The notes beneath the pieces are model-generated. The model was given only the letters and a program-made list of their open reading frames with translations, searched no databases and was not told the DNA's origin. Positions 28,741 to 38,247 of a DNA stretch of 64,000 nt are shown in pieces (position 1 is the stretch's first letter; each line of letters begins with the position of its first letter). The position numbers and the translations under genes are program-made. Origin of the DNA: Candidatus Caccovicinus sp. (GTDB lineage Bacteria > Bacillota > Clostridia > Lachnospirales > Lachnospiraceae); NCBI GenBank assembly GCA_051878975.1, contig JBJELD010000018.1, forward strand, positions 3,188-67,187, given 5' to 3'.

Positions 28741-29655
28741 CTAGCCTTTTACAGCTCCGGAGAACATACCGCGGATCAGCTGCTTCTGTCCGATAATAAA
28801 GATGGAAATAGAAGGCAGAATGATCATGACTACTCCTGCAATCATCAAGGTAATGGACTGGGAATCCACGCTGTCCAGCATACTGATGCCGATCTGAACG
28901 GTACGCATTTCATTGGATCCTGTTACCAGAAGCGGCCACATATACATGTTCCATGCATTGATAAAGGTATACACCGCCATCGCTCCGATTGCCGACTTGG
29001 TCAGCGGAAGCAGGATGGTGAAAATGAAGCGGATGTTGGAGCATCCATCAATCTTTGCCGATTCAAACAGCGAGATCGGGAAAGACATATAAAACTGACG
29101 GAACAGGAAAATTCCCATGGCGCTGGTCAGATACGGAATGATCAGCACGTGATAGGAATCCAGCCAGCCCAGCCGGCTGACCGTTAAATAGTTGGAGATG
29201 ATCGTCGCTTCTCCCGGAATCATCATAGTCGCCATAACCAGCATAAAAATGGCATTCTTTCCTTTAAAATCCAGAAAGGAGAAAGAAAATGCCGCCAGTG
29301 AACAGGAAATAATCTGTCCCACTGTAATGCAGCCCGCCACCAGGAAGGAATTTCCCACAAATCGGGCCAGCGGAACCTTCACTAACGCCTGCGCAAAATT
29401 TTCCAGCGTCGGATGCTTCGGGAGCAGGTTCAGCTCTGTGGTAAAGAGCTCGCTGGACGGCATAAAAGCAATGCTGACCGCATAGAGCAGCGGAAGCAAA
29501 ATCAAAACCGCCATCACAAAATTCAGTGCAATGAGAATGCCCTTCTGGACACGGCGCTTCAGCAGTGCTTTCGCGTTGGCCTCCTGCTGGAGCTTCCGGA
29601 TTTCTTCTTCGTCTTTCATCATCAGCTGATTTTCAGCTGCTGCTGTGTGGTTCAT
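28741..29655 (-). CDS. ugpE: Carbohydrate ABC permease, UgpE-like
   Basis: EAA motif FESAKIDGC, WNMYMWPLL. Confidence 0.82.
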   Translation of the reverse strand: MNHTAAAENQLMMKDEEEIRKLQQEANAKALLKRRVQKGILIALNFVMAVLILLPLLYAVSIAFMPSSELFTTELNLLPKHPTLENFAQALVKVPLARFVGNSFLVAGCITVGQIISCSLAAFSFSFLDFKGKNAIFMLVMATMMIPGEATIISNYLTVSRLGWLDSYHVLIIPYLTSAMGIFLFRQFYMSFPISLFESAKIDGCSNIRFIFTILLPLTKSAIGAMAVYTFINAWNMYMWPLLVTGSNEMRTVQIGISMLDSVDSQSITLMIAGVVMIILPSISIFIIGQKQLIRGMFSGAVKG

Positions 29656-30539
29656 TCGTAGCTAACCCCTTTCTTTTCCATCTTAAACATCACAAGCGTC
29701 AGCACCATGATCATGGCGAACAGCACCACAGACTGCGCCGCCGCGCTGCCGAACCGGTAGTTAAAGAATGCGTCCCGGTAAATGGAATATACAATCAGAT
29801 TCGTCGATTCTCCCGGTCCGCCCTGAGTCAGCACCTTCACCTGCCCGAAGGCCTGAAACGCCTGAATGATATTGACAACCAGTGTGTAGAACATGATCGG
29901 GCTTAATCCCGGAAGTGTCAGATTCCAGAATTTCTGCACGGCATTGGCCCCGTCCACAGAAGCCCTTTCATAAATGCTCTCATCAATATTGCTCAGCCCG
30001 GCGCTGAAATACAGGAAATTGATTCCGCTGTTCAGCCACGCCGTCAGAACCGCCACGCAGACCAGCGCATATTTCGGATCCGAAATCCAGTTAATGTCCA
30101 GATTCAGCAGCTTGTTGACGATACCGATGGACGGATGAAGCATGATCTTGAAAATCATGGCCGCAGAACTGGAGGCAATTGCCATCGGCAGCGCATAGCA
30201 GGTGCTGAAGATCCGGATCCCCGGAAAGGCCCGGTTGCATAAAACGGCAGCCGTCAGACCCAGCAGCATACTTCCCGCCACCACGATTACCACAAAAATG
30301 AAGGTAACTGCAAGGCTGTTGTAGAACGAAGATGAGGTCAACAGGTCCTTGTAGTTTCCCAGACCGTAAAACAGCTTCGCCTCGCCCATTTTATTGGTCT
30401 TATACAGGCTTAAATAAATTGTTTTAAAAAACGGATAAAACAAAAATACAGCAAAAACCGCCATGGAAGGCAGAACATAAGCATATGGCCCGGCCTTCTT
30501 GAGCAGGCTTCCTCCCTTATGAGATTTTGACTCTTTCAT
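29652..30539 (-). CDS. ugpA: Carbohydrate ABC permease, UgpA-like
   Basis: YERASVDGA, LTQGGPGEST. Confidence 0.82.
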   Translation of the reverse strand: MKESKSHKGGSLLKKAGPYAYVLPSMAVFAVFLFYPFFKTIYLSLYKTNKMGEAKLFYGLGNYKDLLTSSSFYNSLAVTFIFVVIVVAGSMLLGLTAAVLCNRAFPGIRIFSTCYALPMAIASSSAAMIFKIMLHPSIGIVNKLLNLDINWISDPKYALVCVAVLTAWLNSGINFLYFSAGLSNIDESIYERASVDGANAVQKFWNLTLPGLSPIMFYTLVVNIIQAFQAFGQVKVLTQGGPGESTNLIVYSIYRDAFFNYRFGSAAAQSVVLFAMIMVLTLVMFKMEKKGVSYE

Positions 30540-31671
30540 CGTATTGACTCCTTACATATAAAAGATTCGCTTCTGTCTGCTTGTCAAACAGCTTGATCCG
30601 GCTGACATCTGCGTAAAGCTTCGCCTGTTCGCCTGCCCGGATGGTGCAGCCCGGCTTAAGCTTTGCTGAAATGCTGGCTTTTCCGATGGTTCCATGAAGC
30701 AGAACCTCTGCACCAAGCATTTCCCGGACCTGAACCGGCAGTACGATCTCGTTTTCCGTCATCCGCTCGCTTCCGTCAAAATCCTGCGTGTCATGCAGAT
30801 CCTCCGGGCGGATTCCCAGAATTATTTCCCGGTTCACATAGCCGCCGTCCATCAGCTTTCTGGCACAGTTGGCATTCATCTTCACCCGCTGTCCTTCAAA
30901 GGAGAGATAAATATCTCCCTCCAGCTTTTCTACCCGGCTCTCAATAAAATTCATGGCCGGAGATCCGATAAAGCCCGCCACAAACAGATTAACCGGATTC
31001 TGATACAGATCTGCCGGTGCAGCTACCTGCTGGATAACACCGGATTTCATCACCACGATTCTTGTTCCCAGCGTCATGGCCTCCACCTGATCGTGGGTCA
31101 CATAGATGATGGTTGTTTTCAAACGGCTGTGGATCTTGGAAAGCTCCACCCGCATCTGCGTCCGCAGCTTGGCATCCAGATTGGACAGCGGCTCATCCAT
31201 CAGATAAGCCTTCGGCTGACGCACGATCACGCTTCCGATCGCCACCCGCTGCTTCTGTCCGCCGGACAATGCGCTGGGCTTCCGGTCCAGAAGATGCTCA
31301 ATCTCCAGAATTTCGGCTGCCTCCCGTACTCTCCGGTCGATTTCCTTCCGGTCCATCTTCCGCACCTTCAGGCTGAACGCCATATTATCATAAACGCTCA
31401 TATGTGGATACAATGCATAATTCTGGAATACCATCGACAGGTCCCGTTCCCTGGGCTCCAGGAAATTGACAAGCTGATTGTCAATCCAGAGTTCGCCGGA
31501 CGTAATATCCTCCAGGCCTGCAATCATGCGCAGTGTCGTAGATTTCCCGCATCCGGAAGGGCCGACAAAAATAATAAATTCCCCATCCCGAATATCCAGC
31601 GTGAAGTCTTTTACCGCATGAAATCCGTTGGGATAGGATTTGCACACGTTTCGAAGTGTCAGACTGGCCAT
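30517..31671 (-). CDS. ugpC: ABC ATP-binding protein UgpC/MalK family
   Basis: GPSGCGKST, FQNYALYPHM, LSGGQKQR, DEPLSNLDAKLR. Confidence 0.9.
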   Translation of the reverse strand: MASLTLRNVCKSYPNGFHAVKDFTLDIRDGEFIIFVGPSGCGKSTTLRMIAGLEDITSGELWIDNQLVNFLEPRERDLSMVFQNYALYPHMSVYDNMAFSLKVRKMDRKEIDRRVREAAEILEIEHLLDRKPSALSGGQKQRVAIGSVIVRQPKAYLMDEPLSNLDAKLRTQMRVELSKIHSRLKTTIIYVTHDQVEAMTLGTRIVVMKSGVIQQVAAPADLYQNPVNLFVAGFIGSPAMNFIESRVEKLEGDIYLSFEGQRVKMNANCARKLMDGGYVNREIILGIRPEDLHDTQDFDGSERMTENEIVLPVQVREMLGAEVLLHGTIGKASISAKLKPGCTIRAGEQAKLYADVSRIKLFDKQTEANLLYVRSQYDERVKIS

Positions 31672-31887
31672 ATGTTCCTCCTTCTCACCAATTTGGTTGA
31701 CTCTTCAGTCGTTTCTTCTTACTGAAGTTATTTTATCGAATGAAAAGCGCCGCTTCTATCGCGCTTTCGGCAAATTCTGGTAAGTAATTTGTAATTGCAT
31801 GTAAAAAAAATGAAAAATTTGAAAAAAACACTACAAGGCCTGCTCGAAATGACTTTAGAGATGCAGACATGATGCCATGAGGAAAAG

Positions 31888-31914
31888 AAAAAAGGGGCGA
31901 ATTCTCTCGCCCCT
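31888..31914 (-). terminator. Terminator at end of cob cluster
   Basis: AGGGGCGA..TCGCCCCT hairpin with A-run on the left. Confidence 0.7.
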
Positions 31915-31928
31915 CCAGCAGCTCCCTC

Positions 31929-33017
31929 TTACGTTCTGCTTTCGTCATATTGTGCCCGCACACCGCCGATAAATTTCGGCCGCACCCGCGCACACACTAC
32001 ATGTGCTCCGCCAATCTGCTTCGTGGCTGTCCGCACCGGGACTGCCACCGGCCGAAGATGCATCCCGATCAGAGTATCCCCGATGTCAATACCCCCATGG
32101 GCCTGTATCCGCTCTACTGCCGTGGGATGCTCCATCCCCTGATAGGCTGCCGTGGCAAAGGAACCGCCCGCCTTCAGCTGCGGAACCACATTCACCGGCT
32201 CATAGCCATAGAGCTCTGCCGCCTCCTCTTCCAGAATCAGTGCCCGGTTTAAATGTTCGCAGCACTGAGCCGCCAGGTACAATCCTCTGCTTTTGCATTC
32301 CTCCGCAATGACCTGGTACACCCGTTCTCCGATCTCCCGGCTGGAAAAAGAACCGATGCGTAAGCTTTCGATCTCGCTGGAGGAACAGCCTACCACCAGA
32401 ATCTGTCCCTTCTTCATGTTCGCAGCTTCCAGAAATTCCCGCACCACCTGTCTGGTCTGCTTTCCGATCTCCTCCAGCACGGATCCTTCGATCTTCTGTT
32501 CATTTACACCAGGAATTCCCTGGATATTTTCTGCCATATTGATTCCTTCTTTCTTTTTTGCTTTTCCCTGTAATTTTACACCGATTCCGGCCGTCACTCT
32601 CCAGACTTCCTCTGCGTCTGCTGCAAGCCGGCAGCAGATCCGGCCGGTCAGCTCCCGGTATCTCCGCTCAAACGCATCGGTCGGGACGATCCCATATCCG
32701 ATCTCATCCGTAATTAAAATCCGGTCCGGCAGACTGTTTTTCAGCTGCTCTGCCATTTCTGCTTCCAGCTTTTCCTCCGGCTCTCCCGCCTCCAGCCGCC
32801 TGCGGATCATCAGATGCAGGTTGAAGGCAAAGGATGCCTTGATAAATTCCGGCCAGGAAGCGGTCCGACCGTCTGCAGCTCCCGGCAGATCCTTGAAATC
32901 GTCCGGCTTTTCCGGGCAAACCGGCAGCATAAAACCGTTTTCTCCGGCACCGGACAGAAACTGCTTTACAGCAAACATTTTTTTTCCCTGGGCAATGCCT
33001 CCTATAATCAAAATCAT
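31929..33017 (-). CDS. In-frame CobU-like domain (from 33017) running into a TIGR01440/UPF0340 YwlG-like domain (own ATG at 32537)
   Basis: N-half LIIGGIAQGK..TDEIGYGIVP..ERRYRELTGR; C-half VGCSSSEI, QCCEHLNRAL, KAGGSFA, IDIGDTLIGMHLRPVAVP, RPKFIGG; no stop between the halves. Confidence 0.8.
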   Translation of the reverse strand: MILIIGGIAQGKKMFAVKQFLSGAGENGFMLPVCPEKPDDFKDLPGAADGRTASWPEFIKASFAFNLHLMIRRRLEAGEPEEKLEAEMAEQLKNSLPDRILITDEIGYGIVPTDAFERRYRELTGRICCRLAADAEEVWRVTAGIGVKLQGKAKKKEGINMAENIQGIPGVNEQKIEGSVLEEIGKQTRQVVREFLEAANMKKGQILVVGCSSSEIESLRIGSFSSREIGERVYQVIAEECKSRGLYLAAQCCEHLNRALILEEEAAELYGYEPVNVVPQLKAGGSFATAAYQGMEHPTAVERIQAHGGIDIGDTLIGMHLRPVAVPVRTATKQIGGAHVVCARVRPKFIGGVRAQYDESRT

Positions 33018-33109
33018 TTCGCCCTTTTTCCCTCCCTTTCCTCTGTCTCCGGCACCAGCCATCTTCACACAAGCTCCATACAGTCACTCTTTGCTGCCGG
33101 CATCCTTTC

Positions 33110-33904
33110 TCAGATACCGGCCATCCACCGCGCTCCCGCCGTCAGCGCAGCCAGTACCGCCAGTTCAAATACCTGCAGAAACCAACCTGCCAGATCTCCG
33201 GTGATTCCACCGAATTCTCTCATGGACATCTGTCGGTAATACCCGAATACCAGCCCGCCCGTGACCGCCGTCAGAAAAAGCGGAACGGTTCCAAGGCATC
33301 CCACAAGAAGCAGCACCGCCGCCATCCAGACCAGCAGCACCGCCCGCGTCACCCGCTTGTGTGCTCCGTCCGCGAAGGTATGAAGCAGTCCGCTGTTTTT
33401 TGCACAGGGAAAAGAAGCCACAGAAAAGCCGCTCAGCGCCCGCTCCAGCACAAAGGCCAGACAAAACGCAGCCACCATCCCCTCCTGGCCGTTTTCTCTC
33501 CCGTCTGCAAACAGCTGCACAAGGCACCCGGCATAGAGCAGAAAATATACACAGCAGCCAATGATGGCAAAGGCTCCGGTGTGCGGATCTTTTAAAATTT
33601 CCAGCTTTTTTTCCCGGCTTCCGTAGGAGCTTCTGGCATCCAGCGTATCCAGAAAACCGTCCAGATGAATTCCGCCGGTCACCAGAACCGGGATCACACT
33701 TCCCACCATTCCGGCCGCCGTATTCCCGATCCCCAGTCTGGCTGAAAACCAAAACCACAGCCACAGAAGCCCCCCGGCTGCCGCTCCCACCACCGGGAAC
33801 CAGCACATGGCATAACGCATCCGCGGCTTTGTCCATTCCACCACGGGCACCGGTATTTTTGAATACATGGCTACCGCAATCAGCAATCCGTATAATCCAT
33901 TCAT
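33110..33904 (-). CDS. cobS: Adenosylcobinamide-GDP ribazoletransferase
   Basis: TGGIHLDGFLDTLD, KDPHTGAFA, FGGITGDLAG. Confidence 0.93.
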   Translation of the reverse strand: MNGLYGLLIAVAMYSKIPVPVVEWTKPRMRYAMCWFPVVGAAAGGLLWLWFWFSARLGIGNTAAGMVGSVIPVLVTGGIHLDGFLDTLDARSSYGSREKKLEILKDPHTGAFAIIGCCVYFLLYAGCLVQLFADGRENGQEGMVAAFCLAFVLERALSGFSVASFPCAKNSGLLHTFADGAHKRVTRAVLLVWMAAVLLLVGCLGTVPLFLTAVTGGLVFGYYRQMSMREFGGITGDLAGWFLQVFELAVLAALTAGARWMAGI

Positions 33905-33909
33905 CTTGC

Positions 33910-34905
33910 CTATCCTTTCCTCCAAAATATCCAAAGCGCCCATACCATCCAGCAGCCCAGCAGTGCCAGAAGCTCCGCCGCAAACATCAGCCGTCCGGCA
34001 CGCCGGATATCCTCCGGCTCCACCTCCCGGTCCGCATCCCCGATATCAGGCTTTTTATAGAGCGTTCCGAAATACCAGGCATCTCCTGCCAGACGAATAT
34101 GCAGCGCACCGGCGCAGGCGGCCTCCCCGTGGGCAGAGTTGGGACTTGCGTGATTTTTCCGATCCCGCAGGAAAATCCTCCAGGCATTAGCCCCGTCATA
34201 GCATCCGAACGCCGGCTGAAGCAGAAACGCTGCCGCCGTCATCAGGAAGCCGGTCACTCTGGCCGGAATCAGATTGCAGAAATCGTCCAGCCTCGCCGCC
34301 GCCCGCCCGAATATCCGGTACTTCTCATTTTTATAACCGATCATCGAATCCATGGTATTGACTGCTTTATAAAAAAAGCCGCCCAAAACGCCGAATACCG
34401 CTATATAAAGCAGCGGCGCAATCACCCCGTCCGAGGTATTTTCCGCAACGGTCTCCACCGCCGCCCTGATGACACCGTCCTCATCCAGACGCTCCGTATC
34501 CCGTCCTACGATCATGGAAACCTGCCTTCTTCCATCAAAAAGCCGCCGGTCCTCCGGCCCTTCCAGGGCGGTTTTGACCTTTCCACTTTCCTGATACAGG
34601 CCCTTTGCCGCCAGAAGCTGAAAACACCAGAATGCAGAAAGAAGCCAGGAAACGATACCCGGCCCTCCCTCCAGTTCAACAATCAGCCATAACACAGCGC
34701 CCGGCACGACAATGGAAACCAGTAAAACCGTCAAAACCAGGCAGAGCCCATTGGTCCGGTCCTTTCCTGGCCGGCGCCTCCTCAATGTTTTTTCCGTCCG
34801 GGAAATCAGATTTCCAATCATGCAGACCGGATGGTAAAAAATTCCCGGATCTCCAAAAATCCAATCCAGTATGACACCTGCTGTCAATGCACTCAATCGA
34901 AACAT
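33910..34905 (-). CDS. cbiB: Adenosylcobinamide-phosphate synthase
   Basis: GDP..HPV, IVGRDT, ETVAENTSDGVIAPL, YKAVNTMDSMIGY, SPNSA. Confidence 0.94.
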   Translation of the reverse strand: MFRLSALTAGVILDWIFGDPGIFYHPVCMIGNLISRTEKTLRRRRPGKDRTNGLCLVLTVLLVSIVVPGAVLWLIVELEGGPGIVSWLLSAFWCFQLLAAKGLYQESGKVKTALEGPEDRRLFDGRRQVSMIVGRDTERLDEDGVIRAAVETVAENTSDGVIAPLLYIAVFGVLGGFFYKAVNTMDSMIGYKNEKYRIFGRAAARLDDFCNLIPARVTGFLMTAAAFLLQPAFGCYDGANAWRIFLRDRKNHASPNSAHGEAACAGALHIRLAGDAWYFGTLYKKPDIGDADREVEPEDIRRAGRLMFAAELLALLGCWMVWALWIFWRKG

Positions 34906-34919
34906 GCTGTCCGTCCTTC

Positions 34920-35468
34920 TTACAATTTCTTTGCTTTTATGGTTACCGGAATTCCATAAACCACCTCCGTCACCTCGTCGGCCTGCTCTGCCATCCAATG
35001 ATTCACCCGGCCAAGAATCCGGATATAGGCATTCGTCTCCGGGCCATAATCCACCCCGTCGGAAAATACCTCATTTGTCACCACAATCAGAAAACAACAG
35101 GCAGACCGGAGCCGACAGATTCCTTCTGTAATCCGCGTAAATACCGCCTCCTCCGTCTCGTCCTTCCCGGTCCCAAACTGCTCATTGGCAACCAGATTCG
35201 ACATACATTCCAGCAAAACGGCGCAGAACGCTTCCCCGCAAAGCGCATTCGCTGCCCGGTCAAGATTTCTCGGATACTCCAAAGTAACAAAGCCTTTCCC
35301 CTCCCGCAGCTTCTGATGGCGGCGGACCCTGCGCCGGCCTTCTTCCCCGAAGGCTTCCATGGTCGCCAGATAAAACCGCCGGCTGCAGCCAGACTGCAGA
35401 AGCCTTCCTTCCGCATACTCTGATTTTCCGCTGCCGCTGCCGCCGGTAATCATATGAAAATATGACAT
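34920..35468 (-). CDS. cobU: Adenosylcobinamide kinase/guanylyltransferase-like
   Basis: TGGSGSGKSEYAE, YLATM, RRHQKLR, LLECMSNLVANE, VTNEV. Confidence 0.88.
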   Translation of the reverse strand: MSYFHMITGGSGSGKSEYAEGRLLQSGCSRRFYLATMEAFGEEGRRRVRRHQKLREGKGFVTLEYPRNLDRAANALCGEAFCAVLLECMSNLVANEQFGTGKDETEEAVFTRITEGICRLRSACCFLIVVTNEVFSDGVDYGPETNAYIRILGRVNHWMAEQADEVTEVVYGIPVTIKAKKL

Positions 35469-35526
35469 CTTCCTTTCTCTCCTTCCAGTTATCGGTCCAG
35501 GCTGCCTTCCCCTGTTCAGCTTCCGG

Positions 35527-36678
35527 TCACGAAAGCGGCCTGTAATCCTCGATCTGAATCTCCGAAAAGGTACTCATTTTATGGTAAACAGCCGCAGCCA
35601 TGTCAAGCAGCGGAAACAGTGCAACCGCACCGGTCCCCTCGCCAAGACACAGCTTTCCGTGAATGATCGGCTTTAATCCCAGCTTCTCCAGCACCAGATG
35701 TCCGGCCGGTTCTGCAGAAACATGGGAGGCCAGCATAAATCCGGCACAAGCCGGACAGATCGACACGGCAAGCAGCGCGGCGGCAGAAGAAATCAGGCCG
35801 TCTACTACCACCGGCAGGCCATAAATGGCTCCGCCTAAAAAGGCGCCGGTCATGCCGGCCAGATCCAGGCCGCCGACCTTTGCCAGCACATCCAGACCGT
35901 CTTCCGGATCCGGTCTCCAAAGACGGATTCCGGTCCGGATTGCTTCCAGCTTCCGGTTCAGCCCCTCGGAGCTTAAGCCGGCGCCCCTTCCGGTCACGCG
36001 CTCCGGATTTTCCCTGAGCAGAACGGAAATCACCGCACTGCTGGTTGTTGTGTTTCCAATTCCCATCTCTCCGGTTGCCACGATCCCATAGCCTCGCTTT
36101 TTCAGCTCCCCAATCAGTGCAATGCCTTCCCGGATTCCTCTGGCCGCTGTCTCCCGGTCCATGGCAGGCGCTTTTGTAAAATTCCGGGTCCCATCCATCA
36201 CGCGCCGGTTGAGAATCGGATACCGGACCGGCTGCTGCTCTTCCTTCAGGCAGACCGGAAACAAACGGCCCTCCTGAAATTCTCCGTATCCGTGCAGCAG
36301 ACGGCATACTCCCATATCCACCGGAAAGACATCCGCTCCGGCCGTTTCCGCCATAATGCAGACGCAGCTGTCGCCTTTTGAAAAATTTTCGGCTACGATG
36401 GCGGTGACCTCCTGCCCGGTCTGGGTCACGCCTTCTTCCACCACGCCGTTGTCTCCGCAGAATACTGCCACCGCCTTTTTCTCCAGACTGACAGAAGGAT
36501 CTCCCGTCATTCCGGCAATCTGCACCAGGGTTTCCTCCAGAAGTCCCAGACTGTTTAACGGCTTTGCCACATGGCTCCATCGTTTTGCAGCCAGCTCCAT
36601 CGCAGCCCGATCCGGACCGCCGATCTGTTTCAGTTCTTCATAAAGTGCAAGCTCTTCCTGTCCTCTGTCTTTTCTCAT
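35527..36678 (-). CDS. cobT: Nicotinate-nucleotide-DMB phosphoribosyltransferase
   Basis: KPLNSLGLLE, GEMGIGNTT, VDGLIS, LGEGTGA. Confidence 0.94.
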   Translation of the reverse strand: MRKDRGQEELALYEELKQIGGPDRAAMELAAKRWSHVAKPLNSLGLLEETLVQIAGMTGDPSVSLEKKAVAVFCGDNGVVEEGVTQTGQEVTAIVAENFSKGDSCVCIMAETAGADVFPVDMGVCRLLHGYGEFQEGRLFPVCLKEEQQPVRYPILNRRVMDGTRNFTKAPAMDRETAARGIREGIALIGELKKRGYGIVATGEMGIGNTTTSSAVISVLLRENPERVTGRGAGLSSEGLNRKLEAIRTGIRLWRPDPEDGLDVLAKVGGLDLAGMTGAFLGGAIYGLPVVVDGLISSAAALLAVSICPACAGFMLASHVSAEPAGHLVLEKLGLKPIIHGKLCLGEGTGAVALFPLLDMAAAVYHKMSTFSEIQIEDYRPLS

Positions 36679-36699
36679 TCTCCTGTTTCCTTTTCTTCC

Positions 36700-38244
36700 C
36701 TAAAATTTCCGCCATTCCCTGTTCTGCAGCTGCTCCTGCTGATACTGTACGCACTGTCTGACAAACCGCCCGGGCAGTTCCGGAAAGGAGGGGTAATACA
36801 GATGCGGGAAGCCGGCCAATACCCGCTTTTCCTGGCGCATACAGCTCCAGCTCCGGCTTCCCGTCGGCTTAACGGCCTTCATTTCCTCTCCGCAGCAGGT
36901 ACTGTCCCAGTAATGAAATTCATGAGCCCGGATCTTCTCTCCTTTATTCAAATAACAGCTGTCAGAAAGCGCCTCCAGCGTCACATATCCAAACCGCCCG
37001 AGGCGGCCGGTCCGAATCCCCTTTCCGGAAAGCACGCCGGCCATCGGCCAGGCACGGCCCTCCTCATCTTCAAGCGCCTCCAGCAGGTACAAAAAACCGC
37101 CGCACTCCGCCAGAACCGGCATGCCATTCAGAGCGGCCTGCCGGACGGCACGGCACATGCTCTCATTTCGGCTCAGCGCCCCGGCATAAACCTCCGGATA
37201 ACCGCCTCCGAAAAGCAGGCCGTCCAGTCCCTCCGGCAGCGTTTCCAGATGCAGGGGACTGAATTCCAGAAGAACGGCCCCCGCTTTCTCTAAGGCCGCC
37301 AGATTATCCCGGTAATAAAAGCAGAACGCCTCATCCCGTGCCACTCCGATGGTGACCTTCCTGGATTGCCTGTAAATCAGCCTTGTTTCGGTTCCCCACT
37401 CCGTTTTTCCTCTGCAAAGGGCCGTCCGGCCGCCGCCCCTTTGCTCGGTCTCCCGGTATCCCGCAAGTTTCAGCAGCAGCTCCACATCCAATGTTTCCTC
37501 CAGAACTTCGGCAAACCGCTCCAGCTGCTTTTCCAGATTCCGAATCTCCCCCGGCAGCATCAGCCCCAGATGACGGCTTTCGATCCGCAGCCAGTCCAGC
37601 TTCGGAACATATCCCACCACCGGCACCGAAAACCGGTCCTCCAGCATTCGCTTCAGCACAGGATACATGCCTGCAGAAACCCGGTTCAGCAGAATTCCCC
37701 GGATCTGATTTTCCTCTCCCAGCTCCCCAGGCTCCGGTTCAAACTGCAGAAAGCCCTGAACCAACGCGCCAACGGAAAGGCTGGCTCCCCGCCCGTCAAC
37801 GACGAAAATGGTCGGACAGGCAAGCCGCCTGGCTGTTTCCCAGCTGCTTGCCCGGCTGCTTGTGCCGCCCAGTCCGTCAAAGTAACCCATAACGCCTTCA
37901 ATCACGGCAATATCCGCCGTTTCCTGTCCGCCTTTCTGACCGGCTTCCCGACATCCCAGGAGGAAGCTTTCCTCCATCTGCTGCCCGGTCTGGAAAAAAC
38001 CGTCCAGATTTCCGCTTTCCACCCCCAGTGCCTCCCGGTGAAACAGCGGATCAATATAATCCGGACCACATTTAAAAGCCGCAGGAATCAGCCCGCGGCG
38101 CAAAAGCAGTTTTAAAATTCCGCAGGTAATCACGGTTTTCCCGCTGCCGCTGGAAGGCGCGGCAATCAGAAAACGCGGAACGGATCCTGCCGAATGATAC
38201 TCCTGTCCATATTTTCCTGATTGTTCTCTCACATTCTCCTCCAT
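36700..38244 (-). CDS. cbiA: Cobyrinate a,c-diamide synthase
   Basis: SGSGKT, FKCGPDYIDP, EGVMGYFDG, AFCFYY, AECGG, HEFHY. Confidence 0.93.
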   Translation of the reverse strand: MEENVREQSGKYGQEYHSAGSVPRFLIAAPSSGSGKTVITCGILKLLLRRGLIPAAFKCGPDYIDPLFHREALGVESGNLDGFFQTGQQMEESFLLGCREAGQKGGQETADIAVIEGVMGYFDGLGGTSSRASSWETARRLACPTIFVVDGRGASLSVGALVQGFLQFEPEPGELGEENQIRGILLNRVSAGMYPVLKRMLEDRFSVPVVGYVPKLDWLRIESRHLGLMLPGEIRNLEKQLERFAEVLEETLDVELLLKLAGYRETEQRGGGRTALCRGKTEWGTETRLIYRQSRKVTIGVARDEAFCFYYRDNLAALEKAGAVLLEFSPLHLETLPEGLDGLLFGGGYPEVYAGALSRNESMCRAVRQAALNGMPVLAECGGFLYLLEALEDEEGRAWPMAGVLSGKGIRTGRLGRFGYVTLEALSDSCYLNKGEKIRAHEFHYWDSTCCGEEMKAVKPTGSRSWSCMRQEKRVLAGFPHLYYPSFPELPGRFVRQCVQYQQEQLQNREWRKF

Positions 38245-38247
38245 CTG

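Noticed and set aside
31741-31770. AAGCGCCG and CGCTTCTATC words shared with 60836 and 62435-62480
   Set aside because: 8-10 bp matches in different arrangements; compatible with chance
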